NCBI RefSeq assembly: GCF_006345805.1
Contig: NC_043006.1
Location: 105,214,001-105,278,000 of the forward strand
Origin: Octopus sinensis
Taxonomy: Eukaryota
DNA length: 64,000 nt
Direction: 5' to 3'
This document shows, one piece after another, positions 27,258 to 41,776 of this stretch (positions are counted from its first letter, which is position 1; each line of letters starts with the position of its first letter). The notes beneath the pieces are model-generated. The model did no database searches. It was not told the origin of the DNA and worked only from the letters and a program-made list of their open reading frames with translations. Made by a program: the position numbers and the translations under genes.

Positions 27258-27318
27258 CTTCAGGACTAAAGTTATTAATTCTTAGACTGGACTAGGATGA
27301 GAATATTGGAAAGCATAA

Positions 27319-27612
27319 AATAGACTGGAGGCCGAGAGTTAGGACTTAGAGTTATGTGTCATGAGCCCTAGGACTTAAAAGGCCGCAGCTTAACTTGGTT
27401 TCCTCGGCAGATTACCCACCCCTTGAACAGAACGCCGGTCCGTCGCAGAATTTACTTCCCGGGTATAGTTGGAAAGTATTTACAGCTGAATGAACTGGTG
27501 GAGCATGAAATGAAGTGTTTTGCTCAAGAACGCAACGTAGTACCCAATCCAGAAACCGAAACCATGATACTAGAATCGGGGGTGTAACACCTTAACCACT
27601 AGGTCATGTGCG
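27319..27612 (-). mobile_element. Third SINE family (other copies 1087-1222 -, 44700-44995 -, 51115-51290 -, 56215-56530 +, 56800-57015 -)
   Basis: Shared TGTTCTTGAGCAAGACACTT core-like block and tRNA-like head. Confidence 0.7.
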
Positions 27613-28767
27613 ATAAGACTGCGAGAGTATGGGTAGAATATATTGATAAAAATAAATTAAGTACTTCCATTGTTTGAAGTACAATAGGAACGATTTCTTT
27701 TGACAAACGCATATCGAGAAAAATAGAATAATACAATTTCTAATAAAATCCATTACGTGATGTAACTCATTTTATAATATAAACCTTTAGGTGATATAAA
27801 TTATTATCCTATAGAAAACATCATTTTATTTACTATATAATTCTTTATATCTGATAGCATCCAATATTTCACTTACAAAGTACTATTTTATAGTGTAATC
27901 ATCAATTTTTTTCTATTCGTCTCATATTCACTTTTGTCGTGAGGAGGGAAGAATCAACCAGAATAAACCAACCACTTTATACTTACTGATAGATTCTGCG
28001 TTATGGTCCCGATTTACGTAAAAAATAATGCAATGTGTGTACAAGTGATTCGTAAACTTAAATATGAGGGGACATAATTTAATATCTTTTAATACAGTAA
28101 TTTGTCATCCGGGCTATTTTCAATGATCGGCTGTCACAGATGTATATAATGCTTCCTTTTTATTACATAATTACCTTAGTGTTGCATTGGGTATAGCAAT
28201 GTGTTATATTGAAAGGATGGGGTTTCTATTTCAAGTGGAATAAACTTGTTCAAAAGATGCTGGGAACATAGATATTGAAATCCACCTCTGTATTGTATAA
28301 GGTATTCTGTACATATTGATGGAATAAAAGATGGAGTTAATCTCAGTGAGGTTTGAACACAAGTGTAGAGAACGACAACTGTGCCTCGACTACATCTAAT
28401 GCTTTCGTTACTAGGTTACACTAAAAATATCAATGCTAAAGCGATTCAGACAGCAATCCAGCTAGAATGGTCGACCTAAAATGTATGTCATCAATTTATG
28501 TGTATAACTCAGCCAGATATTCTACGTTGCTCGGAAATCTTTGCATAAAATATATTGCAGTCTCGAACATTTTCTGTTCTATAAAATGATTCAGGAAATA
28601 AAAATCCTGATATCTTCTACAAAATAGAGTTGAATAGATACAAGGAAATATAACAAATGCAGGTATTATATTTATGTATACATACATGAGTATATTCCTT
28701 TATATTTTTTTACAGTTTTTTTAAGCTGTTGCGTAATAAGTGATGATATATGTCTTTAAGAGATAAT

Positions 28768-29192
28768 GGTCCTTTTCGGTTTGAACGGCAGTTTTTAAAA
28801 ATAATTTCCACGTAACTAAACACTTTTAAACTTCATTTACTGGTAGAATGTGTTTATAAAACATCGTTTTCTCTTGGTTTTATTGAGAAAATTCTATAGT
28901 CTGTAAGATATTTGTTGCTTTTTCCCTTCAATTTTTGTAATTTCAACCAATCAATGACGTCTATTGAGTTGAAAACATTCTGTGCCATATGAAAATGTCC
29001 TTCGTTTAAGAAACAGATTGGGTTTATTTACATTTCTGAAGAAAAAAGATACCCCCCACTCCTAACCCTAACCCTAACTAACCCTAACCCTAAAACAGAT
29101 TGAAATGCAATAGATCGATACTAGGGTCATAATTATGGGTGACAATTTCATATGACACCGCTAGAAAACTGCCGTTCAAACCGAAAATATCC
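28768..29192. mobile_element. Same MITE family
   Basis: Perfect 8-bp TSD GAGATAAT; TIRs at both ends. Confidence 0.88.
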
Positions 29193-30990
29193 GAGATAAT
29201 TGTTATCCAAAATGATTTACAACGGCATTTCCATGTGAAATAGCATAGCAATTGTTTTGCTAAATGAAGCAACAGTTCATTATTGTATACAACACTTCAG
29301 GTGATGTTTAAAGCAACCGTCCATGTGTTTTAATACAGCAACAATCCACGGGATAATAAAAATAACCGCAAGCGTTCATAAGGACGAGCGCTGTACATAA
29401 ATATGCTTGTATACCTATTTTATACAAATGATTGTGTATTAATGTTTATTAATTGATCCCTCAGAAGAAAACGTATTATTGTGATTTAAAGTTCTTGAAG
29501 CAGCAGTCTACATAAATTGGAGTAAACATACTTTTGCAAGAATTAGCAGAGGTGAGTTTATTATTTTGGGTATTCATTCGGCTAAGCGCGCGTATTGTAC
29601 TGAGATTATCCGACTGAGGAGTTTTATTCAGAAGAGAAATTTTTTTAACGCAGTAGAGGTCAAATGATACGTAATATTATTTTATGTAAGGATATGTGGC
29701 TTGTGCGGGGTGCATGGCGATCGTGAGTTCAATTCCTAGACACTTCATTTCACGTTGCTCTGTGATCACTTCGAACTGTGCAACTGTTCAGACGACGCCG
29801 ATGTGATGGAGAGAGAGTGAGCTAAAGTGTGACACGAACCTTGGATCACTCGCTCACTAATAATATCAAGCGATCAAAATCTGCGTTAGAAAATACGGAG
29901 AAATCAGGTATTATGTTGACTTAACCACTGTATCGCATACATACTTATCAGTGAATTTTGACCCTTCGCATAACAGTGCACACTTAGTATGTACAGGAAA
30001 AAATTCTATTGAATAATTATCTGTCAGTTCGAACGCATATTATTGTATAACTTATTTTCTCTGCATTGCTTTTGTATCAATGTCAATATAATATATCATA
30101 TTATATTGTGAAGTCCCATGCTGACGAGGAAAGTGTTCCGGATAAAGTATCAATTCTACATTCTTCATACCGAACTAATTCTGAAACGCGTACATGGGTA
30201 ATCAAATATCGATTGATTTTCGTTATTCTTCATATCTGCCTGCGTGGATTGTTTTCGAGTACTTTGTTTTTGTCCAGGAATCTCTTTTTAAAGTAGAGGA
30301 AATAGCTAAGGTTCTCTGGCTGCTATTTCTAAACTTCGGTATGTGGTAAAGCAAATCTTTGTAGAGCCCTAATTATAAAATATTACTTAAATTTACCGAG
30401 AAATGGTCCCTTTTCATGCTGAATTCTACTTGGTGAGATTATTGATTACTAGTTAATTAATTAATTTTACCCTTTGTTATTATTGATTATATATATATAC
30501 ACACAAAAATACATATATATGAATATGTATATATATATGGTTGTGTGTGTGTGTAACGGGAGAGAAAGTGTGGAAAAGAGGAAGAATTAGGTAAATATAT
30601 ACATAGAGATATGTGTTTGGGCCTGTATCTATGCACACCTATCTATATATCTATCTATCTATCTATCAGGAGACAAAGAAAGAGAGGGTGACAGAGTAAA
30701 TAGTGTCCAACCCATACATGCAGCTGCATAGAGGAAGCGAAAGAGGATGAAAATACACTAGAGTGTATAAGAAGATTAATTTCTATTAATAATCATACAC
30801 TTAACTGGTTTCATATCTGCGTGAGTTTCAAGAGTGCAAGCTTTGAGAAACATTGAGCTGTGTCGCGCACTGTACCGTGTGGTGATATTTTTATATTTGC
30901 CTGAGATTTTTCAGCAATTTTTACCTGCAGTTATATATAGCAATTAAGTACACTAAACAGTTTAAAGTTATGTTTCTTTCTCAGTTGTCT

Positions 30991-31033
<43 letters not shown>

Positions 31034-31048
31034 ATATATACGTGTGTG

Positions 31049-31080
<32 letters not shown>

Positions 31081-31081
31081 C

Positions 31082-31142
<61 letters not shown>

Positions 31143-31182
31143 CGTGTGTGTATATATATATATATATTATATATATATATAC

Positions 31183-31243
<61 letters not shown>

Positions 31244-31247
31244 CGTG

Positions 31248-31289
<42 letters not shown>

Positions 31290-31422
31290 TACGTATATAT
31301 ATATGTACATATATATATGTATATATAAGTATATATAAATATATATATATATAAGTATATATATATATAAGTATATATATATATATGTATATATAAGTAT
31401 ATATATATATATATAAAAATAT

Positions 31423-32080
31423 AAAATTGAATAAGGGTAGAAATTGATATTAATCAATCAAAACCAGTGGCCTAGCATATTAAAAAAATCCGAAGATTAA
31501 AATATTTTTACATACAAAATTTAAAGGACTGACCACTAAAAGTGGACGGTTAATATGCTAGATATAGACGTCAAAATCGCTATTTTCCACGAAGAATGTG
31601 TTCTCAAGTAAAAACTCAACACAAAACCAAAGTGCAAAAAATAAGTAAGACAAATGAAAATATAGGAAATAAAAACGATTACCTCTGTACCGATCAGTTT
31701 CGCTTGTTAATATTCACGTAAATGCATACGCGAAAATCTGCAAGATCATCAGCATAGTCTGTCGCATACAAACATAATTTCCCGAACTGGATACATAAAC
31801 GCTTGACCGGAGTCCCGCAGGCATAGAGTTCAACAAATTATATTTATGTGTACCCTTCAAATGCCTTCACTTTGGCGCGCTGAGATCGGAAATCTACCCT
31901 GCAGTTAATAAACTACAGCAGTCAATTTACCGGTTAGAGAACATTTTTTTTTATTATTAAAATTGAATAAGGGTAGAAATTGATATTAATCAATCAAAAC
32001 CAGTGACCTAGCATATTAAAGAAATCCGAAGATTAAAATATTTTTACATACAAAATTTAAAGGTCAGCCTTTTAAATTTT
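31423..32080 (-). mobile_element. Third ORF-less HHR element (536-bp period, ~1.2 units) with a short terminal fold-back
   Basis: GGGTAG block at 31435 and 31971; AAAATTTAAAGG-TCAG-CCTTTTAAATTTT hairpin near 32053-32080; (TA)n flanks. Confidence 0.75.
31683..31757 (-). ncRNA. Type I hammerhead ribozyme, slightly mismatched
   Basis: CTATG CTGATGA TCTTG..CAAGC GAAA CTGA-TCGG TA CAGAG; one mismatch each in stems I and II. Confidence 0.7.
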
Positions 32081-32091
32081 ATATATATGTA

Positions 32092-32131
<40 letters not shown>

Positions 32132-32179
32132 TATTATATAATATATTATATATATATATATATAAATATATATAACGTG

Positions 32180-32930
32180 CTAACGTTTCTCCAGCTCGCC
32201 GCCTTACATTGAGCAGAGATATTACATGAAATTTTGCCAAAAGCTTGGTGATAATCAAGTTCAAACCATCGAGAAGATTAGGTAGACCTTTGCCGATGAT
32301 GTCATGGGCAAAACCCAGATCAAGGAATGGTACATCCGCTTGAAACATGGCCAGACCTGGGTGGAAAACGAGGCAGGCTCAAGCAAGCCAAGCACAGGCC
32401 AAAGCAAGGAGCTGATTGAGAATGTTCGGCGAATAATCACGAAACGCTGTCATGTAACAAACCAGGAAATTACACATGAAGGGGAAATAAGCACAGGCTC
32501 AGTGCATTCCATTTTAACGGGGGATTTGTGCATGCAGAGAGAGTCGGAGAAATTTCTCCCCAAGGTGCTGACAGCACATCAGAAGCAACACCACTTGGAA
32601 ATTGCTCAGGACATGGTGGACTGTGCAAACCAAGACCCAGATTTCATGGAGACAATCCTCAGTGGTGATGAAACATGGATTTATGGTCTCTTCTCAATGC
32701 GTTCGGTCATCTTGCGTAACAACGAAAATCTGGCAAGCTCACACTGCATGTCTGTTTTCTAAGCGTAACAACCAGGACTGATGCGGCCTAACGGCGCGAA
32801 AATTTTCAGGTCTGCGCGGGAAGGGTAGTATTACCTCTCATCCAAATGATTTTGTTCACGCGGCACCAGCTTTGACGTAAAAAAAAACCCAGATACTTTT
32901 TTAGACGCATCTTGTTCAGTCACCACAGTT
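32180..32930 (+). mobile_element. Mariner transposase fragment
   Basis: ORF 32304-32762: KTQIKEWY..HTH..PKVLT..QKQHHLE..DPDF..ILSGDETWIY. Confidence 0.88.
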
Positions 32931-33206
32931 TAGCTAAATAAGATTATAGCTTCTCATAAATCTACTTGACATATCCATCAAGCTAAAACAGCCCTAAATT
33001 TGGATACGACTTTTACAATTGTTCTAATTACCTCACGACATATCTGCTTAATACATGAAGGTAGCAGAGAACTGACTAAAAGTATGACACCCTCAACCAA
33101 TCAATCGTTGACTTATACTTTTGGAAGTCATACAAATCTGAAACAGATTTAGTGTATTAATATTAATGTGTATACATACAGATATTCTTATACTCTTTAT
33201 CCCCAC

Positions 33207-33298
<92 letters not shown>

Positions 33299-33307
33299 AT
33301 ATATGTA

Positions 33308-34260
33308 CAGGGTGCGTCAGTTTTTGAGGACGCCGCTTTCAAGAACTCTAATTTCTTCTAACCATATTTTTTAAAATCAGCAAATGAAAAGGCGCGCTAT
33401 AATTGTTGTCTTAAATGCGCATCATAGTGAAACAGAGATAGCTTACTTCCTGAAAGTTGCCCCATCCTTAATTGTCAAACTTGGAAAAGAGCTGGAAGCT
33501 GCTGCTTAGAATCCAACTTCAGCTATTAAACACAGAACGCATGCACGGGGTCCTAATGCCACCAGAACACATAACCATGTACAAAATTTCCAAGAAAAAA
33601 AAATGATAAAAACCTCTTATGTCGATCAGAGTTATTGCAAAGGTCCCCGAGGCTTCAGAATGCACCATCAGAAGAGTTATGAATGGAGACATCCGGTACA
33701 AGTTGTACGTGATGCAGAGGTGTCAGTTTATGTCGAATGTGACAAGAGAGAATTGTTTGATCCGTGCAAAGTGCTTGCTAAAAAGTTAAAACACCAAGAG
33801 GCTGGAATGCTTTGGTTTTTCTTCAAAGGTTATGCAGAGACCAGCAACTGTGATGGTTCTGGGAGTCTTAAGCAACGAGCAATATGTCTGTACCTCCTCA
33901 TATTTTCTCACAGGGCTTAAAAGTAAATGCCGCTGTCTATACAGATGTGCTGGAGAAAGTTGTGAGGACCTGGATAAACAGAATCTACAACGGAAGACCG
34001 AACATCTTCCGACAAGATTCTACACTGTCTCACTATGGCTAGAATAACCAACGCGTGAAGGCGTACCAAACTCTTTGATCATGTTCTCCCACACACATAG
34101 CCTCCTAGCTCGCCAGGCCTCAACCCACTGGACTATTACGTTTGAGACGTAGTTTAAACAGATCACTCAACCTCCATTACTCCATATAATCTCTCAAGTT
34201 CGCTATAACCAATACTATGTCAGAAATTGTGAATTTCTCTCTGAAGAAATTTGACAAATC
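33308..34260 (+). mobile_element. Decayed maT/DD37D-type (Tc1-mariner) transposon
   Basis: TA|CAGGGTG start; MKRRAIIV..FLKVA..; PPSSPGLNPLDYYV. Confidence 0.8.
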
Positions 34261-35094
34261 AAAACATCACGTTATCCTAATTAACTTCCATTGCAGTAAA
34301 CTACTTAAACTCCTACCATCACTATTTTATCCAACACAGTAACGATTCCTTTAGGTCGCCGCTTTTGCTTCTTGGCTGATTGGTTGAGTGGTTAGAGGGT
34401 CGGTTAGATTGATTTGCAGTAATCTATTTAGGGGTGGGGTCGATAATCAAAATGACAGTTTTGTACTGAGGTAGGTCCTTCTCTTTCTTTCAACTGTTTT
34501 CTGTTTCATTCTGTCTGCAAGAAACCTTCCTTGGAGAGAGCACTGGCTCCACCAAAACACGCCAAGGCATGCCGTGTGTTGAGACGACGGCACCCTTACT
34601 ACATTACCAATAAGTGTGCTTTCAACAGCATTGTTCAGAGACACAAATATTGGTAACTTCTGTGCGTTATACCTTGTAGAAGTTCTATATTGTCATCTGA
34701 AAACAAAATATTAATTCTAAGCAAATTATTGTTATGCTGAAGAGCGGTATTACAACTGATTTAACCCGCCCCAACCTTTTTTACAAGTACTTATCGACCC
34801 ACTACATCAAGGCCTATATCATAATTGATCTAGATTATAGTAATTTTAGTATATAATTACTATACATCTAATACGCAGACCTACTAAATTTTGTTATTCT
34901 AGTTTGAAGGAGGCACATGTAAGAAGCACTTTGAACACACCCTACTAAACATACTGCTTCTCACAACTTACTAGTTTGCAGAATGCAGTTTGGACGTGAA
35001 GACAATTTGAAAGCTCACCACTGTAATATAGTTTTTGTTTAACCGGTTAAAATCTTTTCAGAGACTTATATTCGTTGCGCATCTGTTCTTCGTT

Positions 35095-35200
35095 GGCGGA
35101 AGAGGTAAAACAAAACTCATGACGACCCCCTTTGTTGACAGCAAGGGCATCATCTACATCCGTTGGGTTTCCTCTGTCCAGTTAACATTTAGCTGGCTTT
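35095..35200 (+). mobile_element. Mariner catalytic-domain scrap
   Basis: KTKLMTTPFVDSKGIIYIRWV resembles the mariner K.M..VF.D..GII motif. Confidence 0.55.
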
Positions 35201-35463
35201 CATTGGGAATTGAAACTGTAACCTAATGATATCGATCACTTTCTCTTATTGACTACCCAAAGGGAGAAAACAGTGCACTATTGAAATTTATACATCATTT
35301 GTATTTCACATCATTAAGAAAAAAACGGTTTCTTTTAGTTTCCGTCTAAAACGTCACGAGGCATAGAAGAAAGGAACATTTGCCCAGAGCGTCATTCAGT
35401 GGGACGGAACCCGAAACTACGTGCTTTGGAAGCAGGCTTGTAACCACACAGCTGGTGCCTATA

Positions 35464-35627
35464 TGTATTTCTTTACTACCCACAAGGGGCTAAACATAGA
35501 GAGGACAAAACAAGGACAGACAAAGGGATTAAGTCGATTACATCGACCCCAGTGCGTAACTGGTACTTAATTTATCGGCCCTGAAAGGATGAAAGGCAAA
35601 GTCGACCTCGGCGGAATTTGAACTCAG
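35464..35627 (-). mobile_element. 5'-truncated monomer of the same SINE with TSD GCTGGTGCCTATA (other monomers 4398-4628 -, 13245-13452 +)
   Basis: Shared TTTCATCCTTTCGGGGTCGATAAA block; direct repeat on both sides. Confidence 0.8.
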
Positions 35628-37131
35628 GCTGGTGCCTATACATTCTTTTATGTTTATTTACGTTGAGTGCTTCATAAACTCTATGGCCTCTTGAAACGTA
35701 GGATAAATATTTAAATACAATTTTTACATATATTGCATAAGACAATATAGTAAACTAATTTCCTGAAAACCCCAACTTTACATTGCTTCATTAATTGGTG
35801 GGGTTGGATCCAGCATTACTATCAGTAGGAAACACTTGGGATTCCTCTGCACACGAAAGGTATACTCTTTACTGTATACGTATCCATTTAGTAAGTAGGG
35901 TGGTTTCAGATTTACGAGCAACTTAACCATTGATACGGTTCTAGAATCCAGCATGAGATATGAATCAAAGATCCCGGGCTCTGCTGTCTCTACAATATCG
36001 AATCAGGCAGTTGTAGCTTTATTTATAAAAACGAACGGAGAAATTACTTTCGAGTTTTGTTACCGAATGCGTTGCACAGTGAAATTATACTGCAAAGGGA
36101 GACAAACCGGTTTAGTCATCAAGAGTTATCCCCCTTGTATTAGACCACTTTCTCACACAACTATATTTGCATGGACGGTATTTTGTAGTTAAAGTTGATT
36201 CTCTTCGTTGTTCATTTAATAGATTTAAAATTGCAAATACATAGTAGTAGCAACAGTGGTAATACTTTGTACATTATATATATTTATCGTAGATCATCGG
36301 AGCATTTGTTTCTCATAAGATTTTTGTATTACTTTTGTTATGATTCTACAAAATTTGAAGATATGATAAATTATCTCAAAAGCGTATTAATCTTCGAAAA
36401 GAGGAGTTGTGGAAGCCAAACCCAGTCGAAGATCTATCGTAATCGCGCGTTTTTGCAGGACTTAAATGAATATTATCACCATTCGATATTTCCCGCTCAA
36501 AACGATGTGTAAGCATATATGAATACATAGATATGCATACATTATACTCAAACACACACATAAATTATTGAATGACAAGGGACTAGGAATTACGTGGTTA
36601 CGCAAACCTTGTTCCCTATTCATTTAAATAATTTCTATATAACGCTCTGTACGCGTCTAAAGCTTTACTTTAAGGCATTTGTATTCTGAGTTCTAACAAC
36701 TGGTTATTAATACACACGCACGCACACTTACATACACGCGCGCGCAGATATGCACATATATGTGTGTACATGCATGTGTGAGCATGTATATATGTATGTA
36801 TATTCTTACTTCGTTGTGTAGGAACCTGCTCTTTGCGTAGGTCCGAAGTATATTATGGGCCGTAGATTTATTACAATGTGCGTTTCTTAATTCGCCTCAG
36901 GGTTGTTGATATACCCTGTCGGGTATAGGTAATTATATATATAACCTGAATATCATTCTGCCTGTACTTCGGTAGCGGCATATATATTCAATTTTTTTTT
37001 CTTTTGTACACATTTTACTTTTCGACCCGACTCGGTGCTTTACCTTATAAGTCCCTCAGTCACTTGAATCCTGATCTATCTATATGTCTGTCCGTCTGTA
37101 TGTATGTGCATATATATATATATATATATTA

Positions 37132-37176
<45 letters not shown>

Positions 37177-37184
37177 ATATATAT

Positions 37185-37221
<37 letters not shown>

Positions 37222-37299
37222 AGATAGATAGATAGATAGAGATAGATAGATAGATTAGATAGATAGATAGATAGATATGTGTGTGTAGATGAAGTTAAA

Positions 37300-37650
37300 A
37301 TAATAGACAGAGAACACCTTTGGAAAATATGAAAACTAAAAGAAGCAGCACATATGCTAGGACACAACAACCTCCTAAGCAGATCGAGTGCAGATATGAA
37401 TAGCATATGGGAACCGGTATTAACGAAGGATAGGAAAATATTAGAATTATAAGCCCTAAAATTCACTCCATAATTGCTCACTGGCATATGGCGTAGTGGT
37501 TAAGAGCGCACGCTACTAACCCCAAGATTCCGAATGAGAACCCAGGTACGAAGTTTCACCAGCACACCTGAGGAAGGCTGGAGGGAATATCAACCGAAAC
37601 GTTGTGTTAACAACAAACAAGATGAGGACAATTATCTGTCCAATGTAAAT
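37300..37650 (+). mobile_element. PLE 3' remnant (GIY-YIG C-terminus plus tail) with a tRNA-like SINE head at ~37487-37533
   Basis: Translation REHLWKI*KLKEAAHML...LLSRSSADMNSIWEPVL; the tail carries an HHR. Confidence 0.7.
37563..37608 (+). ncRNA. Minimal type I HHR with an extra A after A9
   Basis: ACAC CTGAGGA A GGCTG..CAACC GAAA CG TT GTGT; one stem II mismatch, GUU triplet. Confidence 0.7.
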
Positions 37651-39389
37651 ATGTTTATGTGCGTGCGTGCGCGCACATACATTTATAGATACTTACCCAG
37701 ATTAATGCACGTGACTCTGAAGTTGGAGACATAACTACTGCTGAGGTACTTAGGTAGGAATACGCCAGGGCTGAGGAGACTACTCTATAGTCAGAAAATC
37801 AATATTTATGGAAAAAACAGTAGCCGAATAAAATTTGAACTTTTTGCCTAGGGCGAGCCCACAGCAATATATTCTCCACTATGATTCCCTAAAACTTGGG
37901 AACTACACAACCAATTTCATTCAAATTTTACTCATGCCTTACTTAGGGTCCATGTAGTTTCATTGGCAAAAATAAAATGTTCAACTTCTTGCCTAGGGCG
38001 AGCCCATAGCAATATCATATCTTCTCTACTATTTCAGTATTACGTGTTAAAAGTGAAACAAAAACATTTCTCTATTTTATGTCAGATACTTTCACTATAA
38101 CCATAAAAATTGGAGATAATAATAACAATTGAATTATATGTAGTAATTAGTAATTAAAATCAAACTAAAGTATAATATAATCGTAACATAACAAAAGTAA
38201 AAATAGCAATTGTTATAAAATTGCATCAATGACTTGAACTTGAATAAGTGGTTTCACATGAATGGGAATAAATTAAAAATAAATTAGTTTACAGAAATGG
38301 AATAGTCCAGATGGAGCTGTGCACATACCGTTTACCACGGCTTTTACATTAGATTATCTGCTAATTAGCTAGCATTAAGTATCTATATGAAGTTTCGCTG
38401 TATGTAATGTCTGTTTTCTCAAACAGCCGCTTCTACTGAGTACTGCTGTTGTTGATTTCTTATACATAAAGGACTATAGCTTCAACTGCGTACTGCTTTT
38501 TGATTCTCCGTAAGGTTTGTTGTTATTATTATTACTGTTTAACTATTGTTATCACTTTTGTTGGTTCCTCGTAAGGAAAACGTTGTTGTGTTGCATTTGT
38601 TAAATAATTGTAAACCGTAACCCTCCCCCTTTGAAAGAAGAGCTTTGGTTATTGTTTAAAAATTAAATTGTGTCCCTGTTTGAGGAAACTGACAATATTT
38701 TCGCTGTTTATACGGAAGCATTTTTGTTAAAATGCCGTCGATAGAAGAAAGTCGAAAAATGAATTTCGCTGCAGCCGTTGGCGGGTGCGAACTTATTAAA
38801 ATTAGAATGGAAGAAATACAAAGCTATTTCTAATTGATCACCGACAAAGACGGTGAATCTAGGATAGCACCACCAAACGAAATAAAAAATTAAATTAAAG
38901 AAAAGACTTTTGTCTATAAAGTATACAATGTGGAGAAGAAAAAAGATTTGAACACTTGGAGGAAAGCACCATCGAAAAGTGTCTTGGTGCGACTATGAAA
39001 GATATCTAACCAGAGGCGGTAAATTCGCCATGATAGAAGCAAGGTTCGAGTCAAGGGAGTACTCGATTCGAACCTTGCAAAGTGGAAATATTTTATTTTT
39101 ACCTTTATATCTGGGACGTAGGACGTCCCGCATAAAAATTTAAAATGTTCCCCCAGAAGTAGAGGTAGACTGGATTGTAGCCACACTTCTATACAAGAGG
39201 GAGGACAAGATACAATTGATCGAAATTGCAAGAGACGGACCTACAATTCCAGTCTGTTATATATTTTGAGTATTGTTATAACTAGCGATATCAAGATATA
39301 ACTTTGCATTTTGTATTTTATGTGTAGATGTATATATATAGATGTACATGTAATATGTACACATATATATACACATATATGCATGCACT

Positions 39390-39427
39390 AGCACTATGAC
39401 CCGGCAACGACGGGTCATAATGCTAGT
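39390..39427 (+). mobile_element. Helitron-like 3' terminus
   Basis: TATGACCCG-GCAACGA-CGGGTCATA hairpin followed by ATGCTAG|T. Confidence 0.5.
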
Positions 39428-39544
39428 ATATATATAAATCCATTTAAGAATCATAAGTTAGAAAAGAATATGCACTCATATATTTGTCTATGCAGTTGGT
39501 ATATTAATCGAAGTGTACAGTACAATATACCCATTTCAGCCGAT

Positions 39545-40370
39545 GTTACCAATCGGTTTCGTACTAGGGGTTCAACGGAGTTTCAGGTAAAAGCCTGATT
39601 ATGTAACCCAGCTCTTCAGAGCAGATATTGCATGAAGCATCGCAATATCTTCATGCAATATCTACTGCTCTCTATTACTGGAAGTAAACAGACACATCCG
39701 GTTTCTGTATATGCTGTGAAAAAGCGATGAAACGAACTAAGCATGGTTTAATTAAGGCGTTATGTCTGCTGGTGCCATAGCACCGTCTGAGGTGTGTTTG
39801 GAAGTTAACAAAAGTTTTCTGGAGAAGAGTGTATGGCAAATGTGTGTAAGTTTTATTGGATGATGCTCTTGTAGAATTGTAATGTGTACTACATGTGCAG
39901 CCCTTTTTATGGGGTGGGCCAAAACCTTTTGTGTTGTTATTTAATGTTTTGGTTATAACTTTAGTTAAATTCTTTGGGGCATTTATGTATGCCTGAAGTG
40001 TGCGTAGAGGTACTATACGTGGGATTATGTTGATAGAATCTACATCCTTTCAATTGGGAAAAGATTTAAAGCTTTGCTTCTGTTGTTCATGTAAATACCT
40101 GGGAACTGAAAGTTCCTTAATATCGCTCTTTTCTAAGCCAGGTATAATCTGTACTTCCTGCTGCTACTGAATTAAGCCTCACGTTTTCCTATTATCCTTC
40201 ACTTTATATTATACTCGGTGATAATTTCTTTCAACGACCATACGTGCTTGGCCAGGGTTGTGGCGTTTCGTCTCTCTGGGATGTCGAAGGACGATTTGTG
40301 GTTGACATAACTTTCGCATGTTTGGCTGCTCCTTTATACCAGTTCCTGATACCAAGATCGGCTGTAATGG
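39545..40370 (-). mobile_element. Degenerate PLE 3' region (GIY-YIG C-terminus) with tail
   Basis: Translation YVNHKSSFDIPERRNATTLAKHVWSLKE..YNIK*RII..; multiple stops. Confidence 0.7.
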
Positions 40371-41419
40371 ATATGTAATACTGTTCACTTCGATTAACAT
40401 ACATTCATACATTCACACACACACACACACACACACACATACCTTTATTCCTTTATACGTTTCAGCTCAAAGGCTGTGGCCATACTGGAACGCTGAACAG
40501 TTAAATTTGTGTGCATTGTGAATATGATGGTGGTGGTTGTGGGGGTGATGAAGACAAGGACAAGGGGTCGGCAACAATGATGAATATGGTGATAATGATG
40601 ATGATGTTTATAGTGAAAATTACAATAATGAGGTGGAGATATGAAGGTAACAATCCAGAATCGATTTTCATCAATAAAACTTTTTATTTTGATGGCTCAT
40701 TTCTTTGTCTTCGTTTCTTTCTTCTTTTGGAATTATTTATATCTTCATTACAGCATTCTATTCCTTCTTCATCTTCTTCTTGCTGTTTGTGGTGACATTG
40801 GTTTCGGCAGTCTAAATGGTAACAAAGACACAGCACAATCCTGGGGAAGGAAACGGAAACCGCCAACAGCCAGCTGTCGTATCTAACTCATCGAATAGGG
40901 ACATTTAGCTGATGTTGTCATATATATTATCATGACTAATAAGAGGTAGCACCCTATTATATATCATTATGAAAAATAAGAGATGGTACCATATCATGCT
41001 ATTGCAATATGAAAACATGATATCATATTATATACTATAATGATAAAAAGACATGGAACTTTATTATATATTGAGACAAAAAATAATGGTACCATATTAC
41101 ATATGTTACATATAAGTTTCCTTAATGTGAGATATCTTGATTCTTCTTGTTATTTCTTTTACTGTTTTTTGTTGTTGTTGTTGTTGTTAATGGTGGTAGT
41201 GTTGGTTCGAAATATTAACCCAGGTAATGTACACAGAACCACATCTTCGATTCTATTTACATGGACCTCGAAAGGATGCTCCAGTTGGTATACGTCAATT
41301 TTATTTCTTTTAATAAAAAAAAAAACGGTACGGACGCTACACGTATCAAGAAAATATCGTTGCAGCAGCACCATCATCTCTTAAACTTGAGCAACATGAA
41401 ATCGAATTTATCACAATCG

Positions 41420-41721
41420 CTCCAATTTTAAGGCCTCTCTGTCACCAAGGATCTTACCTGACGAAAGCACATGCCTGTCATAGCTAAGACCACATTTCAA
41501 CGACTAGTTCTTTTCTTCAGGACCAGAAGAAGCTGCTTCATCCCTAGCAATTATTGACACTCTACAAAGCTTATGTGATGTCCAAAAGGGTGTTGCTCTC
41601 ACATCAGATAGGGCACTGCTGCTGCAAACACAGACCTCATAGACCATCTAGAAAAAAGTTTCCTCATTAATTAACATAAAGTTACCCATTGGCAATCGCA
41701 AGCCGCTGACATAGGTGTCTT

Positions 41722-41776
<55 letters not shown>

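Noticed and set aside
37487-37533. tRNA gene
   Set aside because: Only an A-box-like head with no cloverleaf or B box; SINE-derived
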